Of a stretch of 64,000 bases of DNA, positions 29,801 through 41,800 are shown piece after piece. Location of the stretch: assembly GCF_046119375.1 (NCBI RefSeq), contig NW_027362767.1, positions 415,710,001-415,774,000 on the forward strand. The letters run 5' to 3'. The DNA is from Phyllobates terribilis. Its lineage: Eukaryota. The notes beneath the pieces were generated by a model, which saw only the letters and a program-made list of their open reading frames with translations, had not been told where the DNA came from and made no database searches. Each line of letters opens with the position of its first letter. Positions within the stretch are counted from its first letter, which is position 1. The position numbers and the translations under genes were made by a program.

Positions 29801-32800
29801 TCACATTGAGAGTGACAGCCCTATAAGCCAAAAGGCATGGCCATAATGGCGCTGTGATGCTGATTCATCTGATACCTGATGTGAAGGGATCGGCTTGGCT
29901 TATGAATACTCACCTTCTGAAGTTTTCATAAAATTATGTCTTCTGTGCTTCAGTGTGCTTCGGGCTGCGACGCGTGGGCAGGGTCTTCTTCTGGTTCTCC
30001 GACACACAACCTCCCCCCCCCCCCTCTGTATTTTCATCATATAATACGGCAGCTGACTCCGCTTAGGCATCATTCTTCCACATAGTTCTGACTCAAATCA
30101 CTTACATGTCATCTGTCACCATGTCACTGGGCTGTTCTTCTTGTCTCAGCTTCACCAGCGCCAGTCTCTGGGCCACCAAACCTGACAGGGAGTTACAATA
30201 CAAAAAAAAAAAATCAAAATGAGGTCTTGCACTCCTTTTTCTGGTGAGTTTTCCCATAACTCAGATCTAGTATAGGAGTATATTTTATGCTGCGCTTACA
30301 GTTTTTGATTCATGGCATCAGCTTACTTTACCCATTTACTATAACAAGAAACGAATCCTGAATTTTAAAAACACAGCGAAGGCCAGGAACAGAATCGTAT
30401 GATGGACGAGTGGAGCGTCAGCTCTTTGGTTCTTCCCTCCGTTTGTTTCCAATACAAAAAAGAAAAAAAAAAATAACCCCTTCTTACCCTGTATTGTGTC
30501 TACTCTTTTCGTAGCAAATGAGACCCTCTGTCCCAGGGTCACCAGTCGCTGCAGTGCCCCCCGGAAGGAGTTTTCTTGGGTGTAGAAAACCTGTACAAAA
30601 CTGATGACACAATCAACATTTATAAAAAAAAAAAAGTCACTTCTAAGTAATGTCCATATAAATACTGCCACATTGCAGAAAATAAAAAAGTGAAATGTAC
30701 GAGTAAATAAAAAAATTCTTGATGTATGTAAAATATAAGAAGTGCGGCACTCACCATACCTTCTAACTTCAGTCCTTTATTCCATGTAAATGGGACAAGC
30801 GTGTAGCAAGCAGGGAGAACAGGACGGACATCACTTCTTATATTGCAAAGTGATTGCTCATTAATAGGATATGCCGTGACCATGTGATCAGTAAAAGTCA
30901 AAACTCTGGGACCCTCAAGGATCCTTAAAATGAAGGGGCTGCAGAGCTGTGGTCGCTGCCACCTGGCTATGCCGGGGACTGCGGCCGGCCCCGTTCACTA
31001 TGCTGCCAGCTCCGGCACTCCAGAAGTTGGATCCCCCACTGACCAATTCATAGCTATCTGCCATGGAAATACCCTTTAAGAACAGGTTACAGCTTCCTTT
31101 GCACTAGCTCTGTCCCCTGGGATATTTCACAGCCCGGCTTCCATGTAGTCAGAATGAGAGGCGTTCCTACCTGTCTATCATTTGCTTTAGTTGTAGCACG
31201 GTCTGCTCTGCTTTTTCAGCTCGGCTGGACAAAGAGGCGGCTGTAACTTGGGCAGAAGTCATCTTGTCCTGTAAACACTAGAAAAGTAGACATTATCATG
31301 TATAAATAAAACTAATTTTCTTGGCATTTTTAAAAACCTTGCTAAAAAAAAAAAAAGAGTTTTACTTCAAACCATTTTTAATGAAGTTTATAAGTATTTA
31401 TAATCTGATTTTCTTCTGGCATTTAAAAGGGGTTGTTCCCTGATGCTAATCAGGGAGCGCAACACTCCTCTGTGCAACTGAATGATTGACAGTTTGGACC
31501 AGCGGCATGGTTGTGCTTCTGGCCTGAACTGTGCGCTCTCCAATGCTGCAATCAGACGTACCTTCGCCTCTGCAGTACTGGAGGAGTGAGGGAGCGCTGA
31601 TGCTGTGCTGGATCCAGCCAACTTCAGAGCAGCACTCACAGGTTCTATAGCAAAGAGCTTGTAAGCGCAGAGACTAGATCAGTCATCACTGATATACTGC
31701 AGTGGTGGCAGGCGACCTAAACAACGAGCAGTAAAACAATAAAAGGAAATAATACATTTCAAAGTTGCTTATTATTCCAAGCACTTTGCAATGATACCCA
31801 GATTATGAGACAACTCATTTAAATCCTTTAGAAAAGTTTATGGGCAGAAAGATAGAAAAAAAAGCTGTATCCAGAGCACGCGACGAGAACTCTGGACTGT
31901 CCAACATCGGGTCGCTGCATTTTTGATCTTGTATATGAAAAGGGGAAAGGGAAAAAAGTTTCAGCCGAACGTTAACGATTCTGTTGGCGACTTATCTCTC
32001 AGCAGAGTAGGGGAAAAAATTGAACATGTTAAAACCTAAAATGCCAAAATGTCTTATTTTCCTTGACATCTGCCATCAGGATAGCACCCTCTTTAGCTTT
32101 TCTTACTTTGTTTCGGACCCTCTCCATCTCCGCCTCTGCCGTGCGGTCTTGCATGGCGTGCGAGTAAAGCGCCAACTGTTGATTGCTTTCTTGAAGAGAA
32201 TTTTCCAGAGCGCAGATCTGGCGACACATACAATGCGACTGAGAACTGCATGACTAAATGACTTATAACACTTACCCCGGCATACTTCTGCGCCCACCAT
32301 GCTCACCTTGTCCTGCATCTTCCGATCATCATTCTCCTTGGTGATATCTTCAGACTTTAGCTGAACCATCAAACTGAAGACCTTTTCCCTCCAGAGCTTC
32401 AGCAGCTGCTGCGTCTTCTGTCCATCCAAGTGCTTATCCTGAAAAATATCACATATATGAATAGTGTGGAAATGACTGGGGATGAATACAGCAACTATCA
32501 CTTCCCTTGATGCACAATTAAAGGGGCTTCTCAGGTCTCCTCCATTTTTCCAGCAATGAATCTTATTAAAATATTTGGAACTTGGTCAGGATTATCAATT
32601 AATTGGGATAAATCAGTCCTCATGCCCGTAGACCCGTTACCAACAGATTTATCCATGGAGAATACGCGGATACAACATAGCAAATACTTTTACATATCTT
32701 GGGGTAGTGGTTAGCGCCAGGCCCCAGAAATACTACTATTCTCTTAACCTGGCTGCCATATTGCTAAAATTCAGAACTAAATTAGACACTTGGTGTCGAC

Positions 32801-35800
32801 TTCCAATGTCTGTAATCGGGAGAAGCAATTTGAGAAAAATTATTCTCATGCCTCAACTTTTATATCTCCTACATAATACCCCAGTATGGATCCTCACGAC
32901 CTCCTTTTATAAAATGCGCAGCTTGTTCAGAGAACTTTCTTTTTCCATAAAACAGGCCAGAATTAAACTAGAGACCCTGCAGAAATGGTGGATTAGCTAT
33001 TCCGAATGCCTGGATCTACTTCTTGGCCTCACAAATGCAACAGTTTCATGGTTGGGGGAACAACCGAGCACTATGGGATATCAGGTCAACTACTCAGAGA
33101 AGGAACCAAATGGAAACTACCAATGTCAGTAGAGAATGTCCCAAACTGTCCCACTCTAAACCCGATATATAAAGTGTGGGATAGAAGCAAGAATATGCTG
33201 GGAATTAGTAAATTCAAAAACTACACACCTCTATGGTATAACTACAACATGCCAGAGATATACAAGCTAAAAGGCTTCAACAATTTGGAAGATAGGAGTT
33301 GTAACAAAAGAAAAATACCCTAAGTGACAGAATATTTAAAAACTTCAAAAACAAATGAGAGAGGGCTACAATCTTAACAAAAATTGACAAAACATTTTGT
33401 GAGTATGTACAATAAAAAAATTACAGCTCTGGCAAAAGTTAAGAGACCACTGCAAAACTTTCATTTTCTCTGATTTTTCTCTTTCTAGGTCTATTTTTGA
33501 GTAAAATGTACATTGTTGTTTTAGTCTATAAACTACTGACAACATGTCTCCAAAATTCAAAGCTAAAAATGTTGTATTTATTTGCAGCAAATGATAAAGC
33601 GACAATGTACTAAAAAAGAAACAGAGAAACAGTGCTTTCAGACCTCAAATTACTCATGTTTTAACTGTGAAATGAATATTTGGCAATATCTGGTGGACTA
33701 TCCATGATTTTTAATCACAGCTTTCATGCGTCTTGGCGTGCTCTCCACCAGTCTTGCCATGCTTTCCACCAGTCTTGCCATGCTTTCCAATACAAAACTG
33801 TTCAATGGGCTCTTAATTTTTGCCAGAGCTGTATATTGTGGTACAGTGTTATCCAGAAAAATCAATGTAAATACTTTTTATGACAAAAGCATTATAGGAG
33901 TGATATCATTATTGGCTAACCAGAAAAAATATATATATATATGCAAGCTTTCAGAACACAGAGGCTCCTTCAGGCAGGATTACAAATGAATTAATAAGAA
34001 AAAAAGCACAACATTTAAGAGATACAGCAACACGACATTTGTTCATGAGAGGTGGAAGGGGTGATGCCTCCTAGGGATAAGCCAAGGAAATCAAAATTAT
34101 CAATTTTTGCAAATACGTCCTGCGTATAGTCCACAACTCAGAGCAAACTACATTAGAAATAAACACAAAGGGTCCTTATAATAAACCTGTAAAATCTCCT
34201 AACTCATCTCAAGTTCCTAACGCGCATACCCAAAGTGTTCGATTTTGGGAAACAAATGGGCCCTAGATAATTATATGTAAATGCTATAATTCTTTGTATT
34301 TTAATGCAATACATAAGCAGTCAGATGATTTCATGTATGTAAATTGTAGTAAGTGAATGATAATACCTACCATGAACATTAATATGAACCAATTTTTATT
34401 TGGTTCGCAATGATTTATATGTTTTTTATTTGTGTGTTGGTTTTATTTGGTTTTGATTGTTTCTAAAAACAAAATTAAAATGTATATTGATATCTTTCAC
34501 AATAAAAAATTATCTGATTGGAAAAAAAAGGGGAGTTTCTGCCTAAACGTAGGCATGCACAACCTACCGATGAACGTAACTCCTCCTGACTGCGAACATG
34601 GGGGGAAAGTGGAGGAAACCCACACCGACCAGTATCACCTATCCGATACATTGATGGGCTGATAGATGAATTCTTTTGGCTGGAATACTCCTTTATCAGT
34701 TATATTCCTGATAACTATTAGATGGCTAAGGGCCCCCCCTTGAGAATGAAGAACTACTTCTCCCATGGGAGCAAGATCACATCCAGGAGTTGAATGGAGC
34801 ATCAGATCACACATGCCTAAATTATTTAAAAAAAAAAAAATTATATCTATCATAAAAATTAAAATTACCTCCTTTTTCTCAATCCCTACCCCTAAATTTG
34901 CATATTCAATATCACTGTGCCTGTAAAAGTCTAATCTATCGGAGTATAACATTTTTTAACCCATAAGATAAACGCCGTAAAGGGAAAATAAAAAAAAACA
35001 CAAAGCACCAGAATTGCTGTTTTCGAGATGTCGTCAATCCTTAAAGAAAAATGCAATAAAAACATGCCTTATGTACCCCAAAATGGTGCAAATTAATCTT
35101 AAAATAATGATGTTGTACTTACTGCTTTTCTACAGAGATCACTTTCCTGCAGGGATAAAATGTGAGTAAGTGATGACAACCGGGTCTGCAGGAGTGACAT
35201 GGAAGTCTGCAGAGCATCTCTCTCTTTCTCCAGAAGCTGAAAAGAACCATAAGGACAAGAAGTAAAGAAATCTGTGAGGACAGACATACATCCCGCAAAT
35301 CACGTGTGTCACCTGTATGGTTTTCTGCAGCTCAGTCTTCTCCCTTTTCTGCTCCTCCACCTGTCGATTATCCGGCACGAGCTCCCCTATGTACGTCCTC
35401 AGCTGCAGCACTAAGGCGTTCTGGGATTCCAGCTTTACATGGGACTGACTACAAATAACAGAACAATGGCACTAATAGCAATTGTGGCCATGGTAGGAGG
35501 TTATGTCAACTTTCATGGACCATTATTGGATTTACAAGAACTGCATGGGGCAAGTTGTACATTTGGTACCTGAGCTCCGCTTCCACGGCTGCTCTCTTCT
35601 CATTAACCACGTAAAGTTCTTCTCTCAGACGCTTCACTTCCAGCGTTTTCTCTTCACGTTCTTCTTGCAGCTGTGATTCCAGGGTGGACACTCGGACCGT
35701 CAACTTGTCAGACTCCATCTTGTGACTCTCCGCCAACGACTGCAGCTGAAAATGGGAGTCAAAGGGATGAATAGGAAAAATAAATATAACTGAGAAAACT

Positions 35801-38800
35801 CTTGTGGTCCTGCCAGTGTGTGCTTATTTCCCGCAGCAATCACTTGCCCACTGCAGCCAATCACTGGACACAGCGGTGATGCTTGCATGTACAGCACATG
35901 ACCACTGAGGCTGACGATTGGCTATGTATTACTTATGATTGCAAGAAGTAAGCAAACGCCATCATAGAGGAGGCTCTGGGGGAAAATGATGGATATATTT
36001 ATTTCCTCTATTCCATGTTTTTGGTTCCATTTTTCTAAATCCTGGAAAAGTCGCCTGCACTTGGTAAAAGCGATCAGTACAAGGCCTCATTTAGGTAGTG
36101 GCATTTTAGCACCACAAGTCTTGGCCCAGCCACAGATCTTATATCCTAGGTCCCCATCACTTGCCTCCTGCAACTTCTGCATTTCCTCCTCTTTCTCCGC
36201 CTGCCTTTTCCTCTCCTCTTCTCGATTTCTCCTCTCTTCGGCCTCCTTGGCTTCTCTACAGGCTAGCTTCAAAGCTTCCATCTCTTGTGCCATTCTCAGC
36301 ATTTCCTCCTCCTTTTCTTGAGCAATGGCAACCTCCTTCTCCAATTTCTGGATTTCTTTCATCTGATGGGCAATAATTTCCAATGCTTTGGACTCTGCTG
36401 GTGCAGCATCCGATGGGTGACGATCCAGAGACCTGTAGGGAAAAGAAAAAGTGGTTACAGATGGGAATACCAGTCAACCGGAAGCATGGCATAATGTAAA
36501 GGCTTTGTATGTTCGGACACGGTATGGGGGAGGGGAGAAGAGATACAGGTTATAAATATAATTCATATATTGCCTTAAAGAGGTTTTCCCACGAATAAAA
36601 GTTGATTTTAATCAATAGATCTTGGAATAATAATAATTTCCACAATAGGATGTATTTAAATAAAATGTTCCTGTGCTGAGATAATCTTATAAATGTGCCC
36701 CTGCTGTGTACTGTGTAATGGCCGTGTCTGACCGTGCAGGAACATGGTCTGATCATACCACAGCTCCTGGGAAGGGGAGGAAGCAAAAAGTAGGCATTAG
36801 ACCTACCGGTAATAGGGATTTCAGGAGTCCCTCATGACAGCACCATCAGGAGGTCGTCCTTCATATCCTTGATAGGGACAGGTAACACACAAGAGGTTAA
36901 AAGGCCCCTCCCTCCACCCCAACTCCAGTGATTTTTCAAGTACCACACCAGGATGGATGCAACTATTTTGTCTTCCTACAATCTGTTAACTTCACATAGC
37001 CGTTTTGGAATATTTAGGGAGGGGAAATAATGGGTGTTGTCATGAGGGACTCCTGGAAACCCCATTACCGATAGGTCTAATGCCTACTTTCCAGGATGTC
37101 CCTCCTGACAGCACCATCAGGAGAATACCAGAGTATACATTTTAGGGTGGGACCACTGCCTGGAGGACCTTTCTCCCGAAGGCCATTTTTTGACCTGATA
37201 GAATGTCCAATTTATAATGTTTGCAGAAGGTGTTCAGATTTGTCCAAGTTGCCGCTTTACAGATTTGGTCCACCGATGCTCCTGTTCTTTCTGCCCATGA
37301 TATGGACATAGCCCTGGTAGAATGGGCTCTAATATTTTCTGGAGGGAGATTTCCCTTCAGATGAGAAGGCCAGACTTATTACTGATGTAACCCATCTTGG
37401 ATTTTTATACATTCTCGGATGGAGACTGCCATTTTCCTCCCGAATTTCTCGATTCTGACCTGGAGCTCGCTTTGTTTATTTTCCGGTAGGAATGACACTT
37501 GTTGTTCCGAGTCTAGGAGGATACCCAAAAATATCTTTCTTCTTTATGGAATAAGGTGTGATTTTTCCCAGTTTATAATCCATCCTAGATTTCTTAGGGT
37601 CAGGATGGTTGATGTTACGTTGGCTTTTAGCTGTTGTGGAGATTCTGCCAACACAAGGAAGTCGACTACATACTGAATTATTAATATTCCTTGTTCTCTA
37701 AGAAACGCCATAGCTTCGGCCATCAGTTTGGTCTTTCCTCGGCCCCATGTATATTTACCAAAAGGAAGACAAGTGAACTGGTAATGTAGTATGGTGTCTC
37801 CCTCCATTAGTGCGAACCGTAGAAACCTTTGACTGTGATGGTGAATAGGTACATGATAATAGGCCTCTTTGAGGTCTATTGTACACATTACCATGTTGTG
37901 TCTGATTAGGGGGAGTCATTGACCTGATTAAAAAAAAATTCAAAATGAGATCAAACGACTGACTTGTTTAGAGATTTTAGATTTATAATCGTGCGATAAT
38001 CTCCCCCGGGTTTTTTTTTTTTTTATTGAAAAAAGACTTGAGTAGTAACCCAAGAACCACTCTGCCTCTGGTACTGGTATCACTGCTCCTGAGTTTATCA
38101 GATTTTTCACGTCCATCAGTAGTCTTTTGGAGACCTGAGGGCACTGAGTCGTTGTCAGGTGGAATTTTCCCTGCGGGATCTGTTCGGGTTCTATTTTATC
38201 GCCCTGCTTAATGGATTGGAGAATCCATGGACTGTTGGTAACCTCCATCCATGCTCTGTGGAAATGCTGGAGTCTTCCTCCCACTTTCTTGGCGTCATTT
38301 TCTACATGTGCTAACACTTGTAGCTGGAAGGGGATATCTCGATCTACCTCCCTTCTGGTAGCGCCACCTACCCGACTTCCCTTTTCCATAATATTCTGAC
38401 CTCTGCTGGTAACGTGGCTTCCGAAAGATTACACCTTCTTAGGTTTTTCCTCTGGGAACCCCTTTTTCCATTATTTCATGCAATACTGGACCAAATACCC
38501 AGAGGCCTTAAAAGGGAATGGCACATAATTTGCTTTTAGAGTGGCTATCCCCCTGACCAGGTTTTTAGCCATATTGCTCTTCTGGATGCAGTAGAAAGGG
38601 CTCTGTTCCTAGCAGCAAATCTAATTGACTCTGCCGAAGCATCACCAATACATCCTGTTGCCATTCTAAGTAGCGGAATGAAGTCGAGGATCTCCTCTCT
38701 GGATGTCTTCCTCTTTAGATGATCTCCCAGCTGCTCCGGCCATATTCTCATGGACCTTGCAACAGAAGTGGATGTGATATTGGTTTTTATTATTGCCGCC

Positions 38801-41800
38801 GAGGTTTCCCAGGTCTTTTTGAGGAGTCTGTCTGCCTTCCTGTCGATAGCATCCTTTAAACAAGACGAGTCCTCAAATGGGATGGATGTCTTTCGCTACC
38901 CTGGCTATCGGGATATCAATTTTGGGGGTCTTCTGGTTCAAATGGCAGGAGAGTTTTGAAGCTTCTGGGAATGACTAACTTCTCGGAGTCCTCCCACTCT
39001 TCCAGAATCATTGCCTTAATGTGATTATTAACGGGGAATACCTTATTTCTGCGGGTTCTCAACCCCCCAAACATCTCATCTTGTACAGATGAGGGTTGGT
39101 AAGTGTCTTCTATCTACATAGTATTCCTCGCTGCAGACAACAGTGTATCGGTATCTTCCCAGGAGAAGAGAGTTTTTTTTCTTTTCTTCTGGGGGGTTTG
39201 CAATAGATTCTTCCCAGTCCTGATTGGGGTCAGAGAAATCCTACAACTCCTCCTCCCCTGAACTGGATTCCAACTCCTGACGTGGCCTCTTGAGACGGGG
39301 CGCACCCTGAGGAGCTTGCGGAGAGATTAAGTCTGTGACTGTACTCTGCACTTCCTCTCTTACTATGGCCCTTAAATCGGACATGAAGGAGAAATGTTCC
39401 TCTTTAACAACTTTTTCAATACAGGCAGAGCATAACTGTTTCCAGTATGTGTCCGGTAGCTTCTTGTTACAGATGGCGCATCTCCTTTTCTTAGGAGCTA
39501 ATGTCAGCTTGTCTTTTTTTAGGCATCTCCTTGTCCTACAAACGATAAGGAGCACAAGACTTTTTACTACCGCAGACAGATGGGAAAAGGTGACAAGAGG
39601 GAAATTATTCAGTAAACCTACTTGAACTGGAGGTTCAGCCGGAGTATCAGAGTGACCAGTGGTTAGATCTGCCATTACTGGTGATCTGGTTGACTGATAA
39701 CCTTAGTCCCATCCTCCTCTTTAAATAGCATTTCTCACCTGTCTTCCTCTGAATTGTCAGAAAAAATGGTGTTTCCCCTTTAATTTTCAGTTTGGCTGCA
39801 TTTTTTCAAAGAAACCGGAAGTGCGTTCCACCGTGAAACGCACACCGGTTACTAGAGGTTCGCGTATCGCTCCCTCTGTAACCGGAAGTGCTGCGTTTAC
39901 CATCTTGCGGCGCACGCAGGAGCTGTGCGCAGGGCTGCAGCAGCCGGAACCCAGAGCCCCCTTTGCGGAGGAGACTGTTCTTCCTCGAGAGCCTCTGCTC
40001 CTACCGAATAAAGGCTGAGGGACCCCTGGTTTCAGCGGGGTGTTGGCCTCCGGACCATGGCAGAAGGGAGGGGAGGAATGCGAGGATCCCGTCCCGATCC
40101 TCCTGCGTCCGGATTCAGGAACTCCAGCTCCTGGTACACGCGAGTCCTCTCCTGTGTCCGTCCCTGATAGGGACAGGAAAAACACTGGAGTGGGGTGGAG
40201 GGAGAGGCCTTTTAACCCCTTGTGAGTTTCCTGTCCCTATCAAGGATATGAAGGACGGCCGCCTTATCGTGCTGTCAGCAGGGATGTCCTGGAAAAAGAG
40301 TATACAGACAGGACAGCATGGGATCACACCTGATTCTGTTTTGTGAGGTAAAACATTTCACTGCTTGTTTTTAAGCAATGTTTTACTTCAAAGAAAGAAT
40401 CATTTGCGATCCCGTGCTGTCCCGTCTGTATACTCTTGCTTCCTCTCCTGCCCAGTAGATGTGGTATGATCAGACCATGTTCCTGTACGGTCAGACACAA
40501 CCATTACACAGTACACAGCAGGGGCACATTTATAAGATTATCTCAGCACAGGAACATTTTATTTAAACACATCAAATTGTGGAACTTATTATTATTCCAA
40601 GATCTATTGATTAAAACTAATTTTTGTTTGTGGGAAAACCCCTTTAAACCCTTTACGAACTTGGGTTTTTACGTTTTCTGCTTCCCTTCTTCCCAGAGCC
40701 ATAACTTTTTTATTTTTTGGTCAATATAGCCATGTGAGGGCTTGTTTTTTACGGGACGAGTTGTACTTTTGAATGACACCATTGGTTTTACCATGTCTTG
40801 TACTGGAAAACGGGGAAAAAAATTCAAAGTGCGGTGAAATTGCAAAAAAAAGTGCAATTCCACAATTGTTTTTTGGGATTTTTTTTACCATGTTCACTAA
40901 ATGCAAAAACTGACCTGCCATTATGATTCCTCAGGTCTTTATGAGTTCGTAGCCACCAAACATGTATAGGGTCTTTTTTAATTAAATGGTGAAAAAAATC
41001 CAAAATTTGCAAAAAAAGAAGAGTCACCATTTTCAGAGACCCATTACGTCTGCATTTTTCATGATCTGGGGCCGGGTGAGGCCTCATTTTTTGTGCGCCG
41101 AACTGACGTTTTTATTGATACCATTTTGGGGTAGATACAATCTTTTGATCGCCTGTTATTGTAATGTTGCAGTGGCCAAAAAAATGCAATTCTGGAGTTT
41201 TGATTTTTTTCTCGCCGTTTACCGATCAGGTTAATTCTTTTTATATATTGATAGATCGGGCGATTATGAATGTGGCGATACCACATATGTGCATTTTTGA
41301 TTTTTTTCATTATTGTTTTATTTTGAAGGGGGCGAATGGGGGGTGATTTGTACTTTTATATTTTAAAAACTTTTTTTGCTACTTATCACATGCCTCAATA
41401 GACTTCATGGTAGACTAGAAGCTGCGATTATCCGATCGCTTGTGCTACACACAGCAGGGCTTCAGCAGCTGTCATGTGCTCGAAAACATGCGGGCTCATT
41501 GCTGGAGCCCGCATGGGGTGCAGGGATGTGACCTTGGACGTACTCATACGTCCAAGGTCGTAAAGGGGTTGTCCTGCCATCGTAGGAGCTAAGGACCTGT
41601 GATCGGTGGGGGACCTCGGTGTCACAACGATCTGTTCAGAATAAGCTATCATGTGTGTACAGTATCTCTGACCATTATATGACTTGCATCCTGCATTTTT
41701 TCAGCAGTTTTCCCCTCTACAGGTTCGTTCTCAAATTTCTAGTCGTCTCTGAGCTAGTGGGTGTACACCGCACACACAAACATTAGAGAGTCCTGCTCTC

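Larger units (their letters stand above)
32535..34530 (+). mobile_element. 5'-truncated L1-clade LINE remnant, interrupted by later insertions
   Basis: AMNLIKIFGTWSGLSINWDKSVLMP and KLDTWCRLPMSVIGRSNLRKIILMPQLLYLL are post-RT ORF2 motifs. It ends AATAAAAAATTATCTGATTGG followed by an A-tail near 34530. Confidence 0.75.
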
